Shown here one piece after another: positions 47,201 through 60,190 of a DNA stretch of 64,000 bases. Positions within the stretch are counted from its first letter, which is position 1. Each line of letters opens with the position of its first letter. This DNA is from Bispira polyomma (Eukaryota), in assembly GCA_965649765.1 (NCBI GenBank), contig OZ287756.1:992001-1056000 (forward strand), written 5' to 3'. The notes beneath the pieces were generated by a model. It was not told where the DNA came from and did not search any database. It saw only the letters and a program-made list of their open reading frames with translations. The translations under genes were made by a program, and so were the position numbers.

Positions 47201-50200
47201 CATCCTTACCTAGGTTACTTATATCTTAATTCTAACCCCTCACCCAGGTTACTTATATCTTAATTCTAACCCCTCACCCAGGTTACTTGTATCTTAATTC
47301 TAACCCCTCGCCCAGGTTACTTATATCTTAATTCTAACCCCTCACCTAGGTTACTTATATCTTAATTCCAACCTCTCACCTATGTTACTTATATCTTAAT
47401 TCTAACCCCTCACCCAGGTTACTTGTATCTTAATTCTAACCCCTCACCCAGGTTACTTATATCTTAATTCTAACCCCTCACCCAGGTTACTTATATCTTA
47501 ATTCTAACCCCTCACCCAGGTTACTTATATCTTAATTCTAACCCCTCACCCAGGTTACTTATATCTTAATTCTAACCCCTCACCCAGGTTATTTATAACT
47601 TAATTCTAACCCCTCACCCAGGTTACTTGTATCTTAATTCTAACCCCTCACCCAGATTACTTGTATCTTAATTCTAACCCCTCACCCAGGTTACTTATAT
47701 CTTAATTCTAACCCCTCACCCAGGGTACTTATATCTTAATTCTAACCCCTCACCCAGGTTACTTATATCTCAATTCTAACCCCTCACCCAAGTTACTCTT
47801 GTCAGCATGGTCAGACGGTAACCAGAAAACCAGCAGTGTGAGGAAGGACATGAAGATGACAGGAAAGGTGAGGATGTAGCTGGAGAAGATCATACGTCTC
47901 TGTAAGTACAAGGTGAAGGTCAACACAGCCATCTCATCGACCAGACGATTTGCCAGCACGCCCGTAATATCCCACTTAGACGTCTCCTTGAAGTCAGACC
48001 GGAAGGTGGTCAAGTCAATGCCTTCAGCAATGTCAAGGTGAAGGTCGACCTGAAAGGTCAACAGATAAAAGGATTTTTTGTAACATTAACATTTTTTGGG
48101 CTACACTGATTTCTTCCATCATGAAATCTGGCCGTCATGGTAGGAATGAATCTGTTGAAATATAAGTAAACCCCAACTAAATTTGAATATAAAAGATGCT
48201 AAAAGATGCTGATACTTTTTTACTTATAATCTGTATACTTTTTGGGTGATATAATCGCAAAGCGGATGAAGTATTGTTTTTAGTAGAGGAAATAGAATTG
48301 AATTTTAACAATCAAAATTACTATCCGTGTACTGTATTTAAAATATTACTTGAAATATTTATTATCTTTTGTTTGGTATGCAAAGCATTATTTTAACTGT
48401 TCAGGCTGATCCGAGTACAGCCAACTGGGACTGGAATTCTCCTAACTGAAGAACAAGACTTGAGGATGATCAACGTCGCAAATGTTCTTCAGCCTGGCAT
48501 TTGCAAATAAATCATTTTCAAGCTACTACGTATGTGTCTGTACCTAATCAGCCCCCACTGGGATCAAACCCACTTTCTGCATTTTCCCAAGCGAATGTGT
48601 TCAGTATAAAAGTAAATTCTTTTCAATCTGAAAAAGAGAACAATTTAATCTATAGCAAATCTTTAGCAAATAATATATCCAGGCTTTTCTTAGAGTGACT
48701 TTCACTATTTTTAAATCTTTTATGATACAAAACTACAGAGGTAGAAAAAGCCAAGTTCATTTCCCATGTTCATGTGATCATTAATCAAAAGAACACACCC
48801 AATATGACACAAAAATGTGATACCATTAGAGCCATTTCTAAAACTGTGGATTCCTAGAAGACTAATTTCTGATGAAACCTATAATTGTTCTCTTCTTGGA
48901 ATGATAAAATGCCACAAACCCTTAAGATGAATGCTTTTAGTGCAGTAATTACTACCTTGTCAATAAATAATATAGAAATGTCATCTCTTAATGAGTTTCC
49001 TTGTAACAAAAGTCTCAGTAAGATGTATTTTTTTTATGTGGTTAGCAATCTTTAAACTGCAAAAACAAAACAGGCTAAGAAGCTTCTGTGTGTGTTTAAC
49101 AAGAAGGATTACTGCACATCTGTCAGTATGAGGTTATTTGAAGTTTAATGACACTGAGGATTAATGTGATGCCAGTCACTGGGCACTCCCCCTCTAACCA
49201 CTTCCCTCTTACATCCCCCGACCTCCTCCCAAACCACTTAGTATAGCAATAATGTTACAACCTATGACGTCACTGACAACTTATTGACAACTTATTGGAG
49301 TTTGATTTACAGCCGGGGTGAACACTGGACTTGACAACTATCTCTACACTGGAAACAAGGCCTTAAACAGTGTTCTGGTAACACTCCTGCATCCCACATC
49401 TGCCACATTTTAGGCCTTCCCTCAAGAAGCCATAACAGATTACTTTGAGGCATGGTTATGCCTTTATTCTCAAACATGTGGTCTAGATAGTTAAGAATAT
49501 AACATTTAGTTGGGTTTGAAGTCGCTTCCAACATTTTTGGTCATGATGAAATATGCCAGATTAAGAAACCAGTTATGCACTGTGTAAGTCACCATACTAT
49601 GGCAAGTACCTGACAAACTTTTCCACAGAAAAGAAACAAGCAGGATTCAAACCCGAGGCTTCTAACCACTAGGCCGCCACGGCCCCTAGATAGATGGTTA
49701 GGAAGTTAATCTATTTGATAAGAGGGTCCCTGGGTGCCACCCACGTGGTCATTAGAAGATGATATCCTTTGGAGAGATGTGAACACACAACTGCCCAGTG
49801 ATGGCGACCAATGTTACATTATAGAACTTTATCTAGTTTAGATTATAGGATTCTATCTAACTTTGAGAAAATGTACTTTGGAGAAGGGCATTGCCATCAA
49901 CTTTGACTATGTAATTGCTTCTAACTAAATTTCAAACTATGTGTGTATAACTTACATACTGAGAGGCAAACCAAGGTGTACAGTAAAGCTTACATACTTA
50001 CATACTGAGAGGCAAATAGTGTACAGTAAAGCATAGTCACCAATTTAACAATTTGGGCAAATCGACTTTAATTTATGGGGAAAAATAATAATATAACAAT
50101 CTATTCGACTATTAAAAAAATAATATTTTGCCCGATATAAAGACAGTGTGTACCCTGATACACCCCTTTCCATATAACAGACATACACTAAGAAACTTGG

Positions 50201-53200
50201 CTACAGTTTGACACCACTAAAACAACCAGTCCCCTTGTGATTAATTACCAAACAACCCACAGCTCGTGATATCACACAGTTAGAGGGAAATGAACCATTC
50301 ATTGACATTCTGGGAATTTCCTGCACAAAGATCTAATAAAGAAACATTGTCAAGCAGTTAGTTTTTGTTTATTGCTGTGCTACATCTGAACGAGATTGCA
50401 TGCAAATGTTAATCATAATGTGTCTGACATTTAATGAAAATATATGTTCTAAAAATATAATTTAATATGTACTTTCAAATATAATTGTTACTACATTGTA
50501 TTTTACTGTTGCATTGTATTCAAAGTTATACTTAACACATTTCTCTTTGACTTTATTGGGTATACAAAGCACTAATTACCCTTTTGATTGGACAACACCA
50601 GCTCAGACATCCAGTATTTGGTAATCCACTAACTGAACAATGAAAGGCTTGTGGATGACACCATTTTATCAACTATCCTCAAAGATATTTTACTTGTCAC
50701 TAGAGATAGGACAAAATGAGAGAGGAACCACCATTTTTAGGTTGCCATTTAGACCACTATAAATCTACCTGTACTTTCTCAAGCTGGAATTGAAACCAGG
50801 ACCTCCTGGGGTCTTCCTAGGTGGGTTTGGTGGTCAGTAATTATTGCTTTCTGTGTGACTACTTCTATGCCTGACATAATAGATGAGATTTCAAATGTTT
50901 TTATCAAAGTATTCATGAATACAAATACATTTGGAATGTATTTGAATACGAATAATTTTAAACTATTGTGAATGTATTTGAATATGAATACTTTGAAAAA
51001 ATCTATTAGAATTTATTGGAAGTTGGGTAACTTGATAAAAGGGCCCCCAGTCCCAACTCTTGGAATATTCACACTGATACTTAATACTAATACCCCTGGT
51101 CTAGTACCCACTATGCTACATGGAAACTTAATACAAGTACCCCTGGTCTGGTACCCACTATGCCACAGCATCAAAAGCATACAAAAAGAATGTGGCAACT
51201 TTGAACCTACCGCTGAGACTTTATGGGTCCAGGAGCCAAACCACAGGTGACAGGTCTGGTTGTCAAAAGGGAAATCCTCGACGTCAATGGAGCAGGTGCT
51301 GTAGAAAATTCTGTGTGGGAACCACCTGACTGTACCATTAAAGTCCACCACTAAATGGACCGCACGCTCAAAGTTCTCTGTACTCGCTCTGAAAGGGGAT
51401 ACAATGTTTTTTACTTCTACAGCACCAAAAGCGCTGACCAGGCATTTTCTGTGGCACACATCCCAGTCAGTATACAGAAAGAATGGTTTGATAGGGGAAA
51501 AAGGCTCGTCATCAGAGTTTAGATGTAACCAGCAGAAAAAACGTTAAGGCATTGTTGATACAAAAAGTGAGTTGATACAGATGTGTTTTGAGGGTTTGTT
51601 TCAAAATTGTGACCATCATAATGTTTTACTTCTATAGTGTCACATGACCAGACATCCTCTGTGACCACACATCCCAGTCAGTACGCAAAACAATAGTTTA
51701 AAAAGTGTTCAAAAATTCAGGCATAACCAGCAGACGAATATTAAAGTGGAAAAACAGGCTGATGTAGATGTGTTTTAAGGTTTTGAGTTTTTTGTGGAAG
51801 CCTGTAGTAATCTTTCAGTATGAAGACTATTCTATTCAGCAGGTGCTGCACATTTATTAATGATTTCACCTTGATTTTTTAGACAAGAGGTGGGAGGCGC
51901 TTTCCTCTGGTGAGATTGCTGCAAGATGCTAAAATTGGCTGCTGCACATGGACAGTCATATATGTAATGATATAAGTACAGTGTATATATATATATGTGT
52001 GTGTGGATCAGTGTATGTATGTATCTATAAACAAGTGTATATCGGTGTCCTCCGTGGTTAAAAGTGCTAACATACTTGCCGGCCACCTCTGCAGTTGCAG
52101 GTTTGAATCTCGACTCTGATATGTATCTGGGAAAGCTGGCAGTAGACTTAAAGGCCAGTGATTTATATAGCAGAAAACCTCACTAAACTAACATGTTCTA
52201 CTTTTTTCCTTACCAGTCCACTGCCCATTGTAATGTGACACAATATTTGTTGAAAGAAACATCAAGTTTAAATTAAATTGTAAACAAGTAAATAAAATAA
52301 CCTTTGGAACAAAGCCATTTTATCTTTAATGATTGGTATATGGTGCATAATTGCTCGCCAAACAGTACCCATTTTTTTAAATTTTAAAATGTCATTTAAA
52401 TTGCACCAGAACTGTGTTTATATATACCTAATACTGTACAGGATTGTTCCAATAATTGTATATTTAATAGGCCATCCATTTTACAGATGAATATCATAAA
52501 TTGTGTTTTGGCAATACCATCTATTATTACCATTTTTACTTAGATCTTGTTTGCTGCTTCATTACTTTCCAATTCTTAGACAACTGTCTCATAAATTTAA
52601 GTTCAATACTGACATAGGACAGTGGCATTAACGCCATAAACGCCTGCCCTATTAATTCTCTGAGTCTGTAAATCACATTTCATGGTCTGTTGTCCTCAGA
52701 ACTTCCCGTCATACATCACAGTGGACTTGTCCTAATCACTCATGGTACCAACGAAACTGTGACAGATAATAGACTGAACAAAATACTGTACTGGCTTGAA
52801 ACAGACTGCTTTACTGATTGATATCAGGACAATGTCATCTACATACAGGACAAGGGATATTTTTCTGCAACTTGTGCATTTTCATTGTGTTATATTATAG
52901 TTATTTATTAATGTGACACATCTTCTAAAGTGCAACAACTCAATCGATGAAGTCGGGAATGGTGTGTTCACATCTTGCACAACAAGGTTTTTGCATTAAT
53001 GAACCTAGCACCATTAGCCGAAGTCAACCCATGTACCTTCCTATCACTATCGGCTACAGTGATTTATTTTAACATAGAGCCAATACATGCCTATTTCATT
53101 AAGTAATATTGTTTATTGACAATAGATATAATATCATTCTAGATGTCTAAATGTCTTTAGTGATACCAGGAACTTCCCACCTTGTAATGAATATTCAATC

Positions 53201-56200
53201 TTGTTTATTGACAATGCATTTAATAATATTCTAGATGTCTAAACTTCCTAGTGTTCAATGAATATTGCACAAAATATGATAAGGTTAAAGCGATGTCAAA
53301 TGTGAGTAACAGGGAACCATAATACCTGATTTGCATATTGATCAGTGGAAAGCAGTTGCATTCTCAAGTGTATTTTGGTAATTTTGAGTATTGACTTATG
53401 CTTACTTATTTGTTCTATTATGTACACCCACAAAGGCCGCGCTGGTTAGAAGGCTCCCACCAATGTGGTTTGAATCCAGTTTGTGCCTTAACGTGGGAAA
53501 GTTTGCCGTGTACTTACCTGTAGGTCGGTGGTTTACACTGTTTCTGCACTGGCTTCTTCCACCATTCAATCTGGTTATCATCGTTATCATCGTTACCCTT
53601 TTCTGTCCCTTGATTTTGGAAATTGGATAACTGTCTTTTGTGCTGGTGCGCCTTAGAGTCCCCTTTGTTAAGGCGAGATTAAGTGCAATAAAAGTCTAAT
53701 TACAATTACAATCATTATGATATAACCTAAACTTGTAAATCAACGTAAATCCAACGAAATTCCAATTGATACATATTACATCATTTCTATGTTGGATAAC
53801 ATAAATGCTGTGTTTGTGTGTGCGTAGGTAAACCTCACTCACGTGTTGTATAACATGATATCTGGTATCCAGATGTGTTTAGGATCCAGACCCACTTCAG
53901 TGATGCCCCCGTAATCCTCAGGGTTCCAGGTTAGATACTCGTCTCTCCATCTCTGGAAAATAGTAACAAAAAACCCAATGTATCTCTATAGGAAACTCTG
54001 TCGTATTGGTAGGTGACAGGTTAACAATGGGACATTCAGTTAGATTATATCTCTGGAAAGAGTAACAAAAAACACAGAAGAGATATTTATGGCTGTTGTT
54101 ACAGGTGACAGGGGTGAGAAGCTGTCATGGAGACAGTCAGGACTAATATATGGGAAAGTTGGCAGTCGATTTTCTGAATACCGGTGATTTATAGTTTCTG
54201 GGGGCCGTTATTTACAAACGGTCTTAGTCTTAACTTAGTCTTAACTTAGTCTTAACTTAGTCTTAAGCCTACCATTTATGTCTATCACAATATTTAAGTC
54301 TGCCTACTGTTAGTATTTTGGTTAACAGTAAAGTTTAATGCCAAAGTATTTTCTTACTACAAAATATTAACCTTCTTGGACAAAACCAAAAACCAAGATA
54401 TAAAGTTCAGGACTATGTTAAGACATTTGATGAATATGGCCTCAGTTAATTTACCTGGATTAGTCTTCACCTTTTTTTGACTGTACTGGGACTAAGACCA
54501 AAATAATAACTATTTTGACCAAAATCACAACCAAAATAAATAAACAGATCTTAATCTGGACCCCTAACGTCTGGTGGATACATTAGCACACTAGGTTAGA
54601 CACGTACAGGATCTGGGTTAAAACAGATGAAAAAAAGACATTGAGCTAAGGTCTTAGTTTTAACTTAGTCTGAAGTTTTATACTTTGGTCTTTAATTTGG
54701 TCAGGTTAAGATTTTGGTCTCAGTCCCAGTGACAGTAGGAAATAAGTTTGTTCTTAACAATAAGATTAACAGTAGGCAATCGGAACTATTTAGACCTAAA
54801 TGTTAACCTTGCTCATAACACTAAGACAAATAGCAGGCAATCTGAACTATTTTATACCTAAATGTTAACCTTGCCCTTAACACTAAGACAAACAGTAGGC
54901 AATCTTAACTATTTTTGACCTAAATGTTAACCTTAAATCAAAGACTAAAACCTTTTTTTCTGAATCCAGCCCCTAAATATTGAATACAATGATGACTGCA
55001 GTCAATGTAGTCACATGTCTCCAGAGGATTTATATCACTGAGGTCAATTACTAGAAGACCCCATTAGGACAATCCATTCCTCTTCATAAATCATTCAAAC
55101 AAAAATAGTTTGTAAAAACATAAAGCAGTGAAATACCCTAATATAGAACATAATGACCTGATTCCTAAACCCTTCTCCCCCATATGAGCTGTATATGAAC
55201 AAAATGACTTTGTTTGGTATTACTCCTAGTGACAAAAAAATTTTGTCTTCAATTGAGGATATTGTCGAGTTCAGAATAAAGTCTAAAAATAACCCAATTT
55301 AGATATGTAGTGTTCTAGGCTTTGATGTGTAAATTAGAAAAAAACAGTAAATTAATCAACAAAACTGTATATGTCACAGTCTTTGAAGTTAAAAAAATCT
55401 TTGGATTTGTACACAAAATATTCTGCTGTCATATATTCTTAGTGTTAACTCAGGCTTAAGCTTGGAATTTGGGTCTTTGATTTTAGCTGAAATGGTTAAG
55501 ATTTTGGTATTAGTAACAGTGAATGTACGATATTTGCTTATTATAAACTTTACTTAAAAGATTAAGACTACCAGTGGGCAGTTTTAGATATTTTAGACAT
55601 AAATGTTGAGCTTAAAATTAAGTTAAAACTAAGACCTTTTGTAAATACGGCCCCTGGAATTATTATATTGCCAAATCATGCATATACAAAGTTCTCCCCT
55701 AAAACAGCACAGTGCCAACATATAATTCCTTAAAAAATTGAATGTTACTCTCTTGAAGTAAAACTGCAATGCCATCCATTTTTACCCTGGTTAATTTCCT
55801 GCCCCATTTCTTCCATACTCTAATATCCATCCTCATCTCCAGAAGAACCCAGCCCTTATTTTTTTTCTATTGAAAAAAAAAAAAAAAAAATAAAACCAAT
55901 TAAATTTGAGTTAGGCAGACTGAGTATCCAATTCCCTGTTTTCTGCTATCAGTAGAGATCCCTTCTGGCTTTGGGTTTCCTGTTTCATTATTGTTGCAAG
56001 TTGTTTGTTCGGCTTTAAATTGAAAATGGTGATTTTCACTTAAATTTGGGCTGTTTAGTAAACCAAAGAACCTGTCCTTTTACAAGACATCCTTAAAGCC
56101 CCCTGGTATCTGGCCCTGACCTATCTGGTGGTCCTTATGTTCCTATCAGTATATACCCATCCATCATTGCACTGCGCTAATCTTGACATAAAGGTAACAG

Positions 56201-57526
56201 AGTTTGGGGTTTATCGCAGAGAACTACCTAATAATGTCAATAATATTCTTAGCGAAGAACAAACATTTTTTAGTGGGAAACTTCAGAGATAATAGTTTTA
56301 CTGCTACTGTATGGAATAAGTATTACTATGACTTATTTAATGTAAAATGTAATAATAAATAAATTAAACACACTCATTGTTATTTTATAGTATGGACCTA
56401 AGCATTTGTCATTTAACAAAGACAATAACATTTATAACACAACTGCAACCCATGTTTTGTTCTATTACAAAGCCCCTCTTACAATCATCCCACACCCGCC
56501 TTCTATAGGGTCACATGACCTTTACCCTTGAATGTAATTATGCTCCTGTCGTTCTTGATGTCAGCCTTCTTGCAGATAACCAGAGTATGCGCAATACTCG
56601 ACACATCACAGACAGCAGACATATGGAACATATGAATAGATTCCAGAAAGATCCCAGAATGGATTCTCAAGAGATTTGCAGATTTTTTAAAAAGATGTTG
56701 ATGTCACTGGAAAATGGTTTGGCCAAACTAAAAAAGAACAACGTACTGTATCTAGACTTACTTGTTTGTTAGGGGGGGGGGGGGGTGAGGCCAAAAAGAA
56801 TACCAAATCATTGGCCAATCATTTTGGAAGTGTGGACCAGGCACTATTAGATGCTGGTGTAGGTCCATATAGAGCTCAGTGAGTATTAAATGTATGGTAA
56901 TGGGTGTTTACCTGCAAAAGACTACTATAAAAGAGCTATGTTTATTAATTCGTACGGCTGTTTTGACTTTTCTTTGATATTTAACTTTATGTTAAACTTG
57001 TTGATTTACATGTTTACTGTATATATCTAATTATTTTACGCATATTTTACCCCTTGTTTAAAAATATGTTTATCCATATAATTACTGTAATAAAGTTTGT
57101 CAGGTACTTGCCAAATGCTAGTGGTTTAGAGTACTTTAGTACTGCTTTCTTCCACTATTGAGTCTGGCCATCATGATATGACCTAAGCTGTTGTAAGCGA
57201 GCTAAACAACCAACTAAATACTATAAATTCTCAACATTCATCGAGATATTCACTCTGTGTATACCTTGTTTACACACAAATTGACAATTTATCTAAATAT
57301 GTTACCTGTAAAATGTACACCATATGAAACCTGTTCACTCACATATTTACTCCAGGCACTTAGCACCAACATGTTAGACTTTTCCTCCACATCCATGCGA
57401 ATCAACCCCAGGGCAAAGCTGATGCTGACTGAATCGGAGGAATTCTTGATGGGCCGACCGAAGGTAGTGATGATGTCATAATGGCTCAGCAGGTCTGTGA
57501 TTAGTCTTTTCTCGTCAGAAATTTCA
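41246..57526 (-). CDS. nicotinic acetylcholine receptor-like Cys-loop subunit, non-alpha (5' exon missing)
   Basis: Exons 57526-57343, 53952-53843, 51388-51211, 48049-47788, 47079-46993, 44428-44307, 43860-43719, 41433-41246: all GT-AG and phase-consistent. Motifs: WRDEYLTWNP, IWIPDIMLYN, Cys loop CSIDVEDFPFDNQTC, FGSWT, M1-M4, EW..VA..MDR. Confidence 0.95.
42370..43715. repeat. ~43-55-bp minisatellite with a variable poly-C core, interrupted at ~43050-43500
   Basis: Unit GCTTTACCCC(n)ATCAACCTATCAGTATCTAGGATACAAGCTATA; the array runs up to the splice donor at 43718. Confidence 0.9.
44825..45175. mobile_element. foldback/MITE-like element
   Basis: GACAGGTTGACAG motifs on the left (44857, ~44900, ~44922) and inverted CTGTCAACCTGTC / CCTGTCGAC on the right. 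Confidence 0.55.
47207..47796 (-). repeat. 34-bp tandem array (~17 copies) duplicating the nAChR-like exon end and splice donor
   Basis: Minus-strand unit AGTAACCTGG|GTGAGGGGTTAGAATTAAGATATA; fills ~580 of the 708-nt intron. Confidence 0.95.
53595..53715 (+). mobile_element. isolated 3' tail of the L2-type LINE nested inside a SINE
   Basis: TGTGCTGGTGCGCCTTAGAGTCCCCTTTGTTAAGG.GAGATTAAG matches the reverse complement of 59265..59315; ends in (ATTACA)n. Confidence 0.85.
54200..55657. mobile_element. cluster of three MITE copies (54200-54445, 54645-54975, 55430-55657)
   Basis: GGGGCCGTTATTTACAAA and TTGTAAATACGGCCCC / GAATCCAGCCCC ends, shared core, internal 12-bp and ~59-bp tandem repeats. 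Confidence 0.7.
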
Positions 57527-59234
57527 CTGAAAAATATTAACTTTACAGATAAAATCGATTGCATTGTTTCATGGAAAACAGTTCTTCATGGCTTAAGATT
57601 CTCAGTTATGCATTGGATAGTTTCAGAAAGTAGCCAGTTCTCTTTAAGTTTATACTTTGGCAAATGTGCTATATCATAATGGTACAATTTGACAAATTTA
57701 ACCTTGTATATGACTTTTACTTTATAATCAATTGGACGTGTGTATTTTTTCAAGGGCCTTGTTTAATAGGTACTTTGGCGTAGGTCGGTGGTTCAGCACT
57801 GGTTTCTTCGACTATTAAACCTGGCCGTCGTGATATGACCCAAGCTGCTAAAAGCAATGTAACACCAACTAAAGTCTAACTAACATCTGCATCTATTGGT
57901 TATATTTGCATTTTAAAAACTGCCTTATTAATGCAAGGAATTTTCTAAATCGTGTACACGGAGGGCACTAATGGGAGTAAGCAAGTTTGAGGATATAAGT
58001 ATTGAGTTTTCTCCTCATCACATTTTTTGGGATTCTGAGAGCCAGATACGATTTAATCCAATCAAGGTCAATGCCATTTAGTATAATGTATATACATTGT
58101 ACTACAAATAATAGAAATGATACACTCTATTAGTCCTTGCTTGTGTTATAACTTCCAAACATAGTCTGCAGGCAAAGTCAGAAAAAAGAGCATTGTACCC
58201 TGGGCGATTATTGTGTTAAGTAAGGGGTTGGATGATTAACAATGACTGGAGTCACTAACGGCAAACTAAGATAGATGAACTTGCTCTGATATATCCAGAG
58301 AGAGGGGATGTTACAAATGCCACTTGAGCACGTGCATTAGTTTGATGAGGTCCAGATTACTGACAATAATGTAATACATGACAAAGTTATATATGGATAA
58401 ATAATTTTCAAGAACATCAATGGGTGGTCAGATTCTAATCTTTCAGAAGAAAAAGTTTGATTTCTAATATGTTTGTAATTGTGGTGTTCTGATGTTATAG
58501 TTAGAACAAAAAGGAAAGATGTCATTGAATAAAGTCAGTTCGAAGTACAACATTCATTCTTGCTTTTGTAGTAACCAGTAAAAAAGTTGGTCTCGAGAGC
58601 AGATGGTTTTTTACTCATTGTTTTCAGCAAAATCAAATGAAGCCATATTTTGTAGGGTGTTTTTATTGTTTTAAAGCTGTTGTTTGAGAATTCCTTGTGT
58701 CCTTGTGTAGTTGATGATTAATCCATGTTAAACAATATCATAGAATTGCATGCCTTCTGTCTGAAGTGATTTTTTTTCTGTTTTGTTGTTTTTTTTCTGT
58801 GAGAATCGGGCTACTCTCTTGCAATAGTGACTGCTACAACATATAAAAGCACCCACTTACTCATAATCAACGTCCATAGAAAAAGGGTTCATAGGTCAAA
58901 AATCTTAAACTTAAATTCAAGCTTAGACTCAAAAATCACATATTTATCAATGTCCTTGTTGCTGACACTATACTAGACATGTTGTCATTTAACAGAGCTT
59001 TCAGCAAGCAACTCAAATATATATTCAGATTTTATACATCTTTTTTGAAAAATGTCTATTTCTCACTGTAAAACATAAAATCTATGGAAATGTATTTGGG
59101 GCATGGCAGAAAAAGATGCTTTCGTGAAATTTTTTCATCATGTCCGAATATTCTCTGATACAAATTTTATGCATGTTACAATATGTTACATCACCACAAT
59201 ATACTTTGCCGCAATTGCCTCATTGGGGATTCCA

Positions 59235-60190
59235 TAATAATACAAATTGTAATGAAACTTTTATCGCGCTTAATCTCCCCTTAACAAAGGGGACTCTAAG
59301 GCGCACCAGCACAATAGACAGTAATTCACTTTCCAAAATCAAACGACAGAAAAAGGTCAGCACAACAGAGCGCGCCGGGGGATGTTTGAGACTAAGGTGG
59401 ATATGCTTTAGTGTACAAGTGGGTTTTAAGCTGCTTTCTAAAACAGGCTAGTGAGGGGGAAGCACGAATCACATCAGGAAGAGCATTCCAAACAATAGGA
59501 GCATCAAATGCAAAGCTGTGACCAAACTGTTTAACCGACTTAGATGGGTGGAACTTCGGAACAACAAGGAAAGTACTACCACTCTGACTACGTCTGGTAT
59601 TATAGGAACTACTGTAAGTGGAAAGATATGGGGCAAAATACTTTGGAAACCCAGTGTGAAAAAACTTATAAACAAGTGTACCTGTCTTAAACACTGAACG
59701 CTGTTCAACAGGGAGCCAATGCAATTTCTTAAGAACAGGAGTTATACTAGTGTATCGACTGGTGTTTGACACAATTCTAGCTGCACTATTTTGAATGGAT
59801 TGTAATTTACGTAAATTAAACTTTGAGAGACTCCTGAAAAGCGAATTGCAGTAATCCAGTCTACTACTGACAAAAGCATTGGCCACAAGTATAGAAGCAT
59901 CATAAGTGAGAAACCGCCTGACACGTCTAAAGTCCCGGAGTTGCACAAAACAGCTTTTGCAGACACTCTGGACGTGTTTAAGGAAAGAAAAGTCAGAGTC
60001 AAACCATACACCCAGGTTCTTGACAGAATCAGCTGGGCTGAAAGGGCTACCCAGGATGTAAACTGTAAAAAATGCTTTCAACTTATCTCTCTGTTGTTTT
60101 GAGCCAAAGATTATGAACTCAGTCTTGCCTGGATTAAGTTTGAATTTACCAGTTGACATCCACTCTTTCACATCGTCAAGGCACCTGTTA
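59235..60190 (-). mobile_element. L2/CR1-group LINE, 3' fragment (RT thumb/C-terminus plus 3' UTR)
   Basis: ORF 59392..60171: KLNPGKTE, VKNLGVWFD, SRLDYCNSL, QNSAAR, LHWLPV, WNALP, FRKQLKTHL, followed by the tail. Confidence 0.93.
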
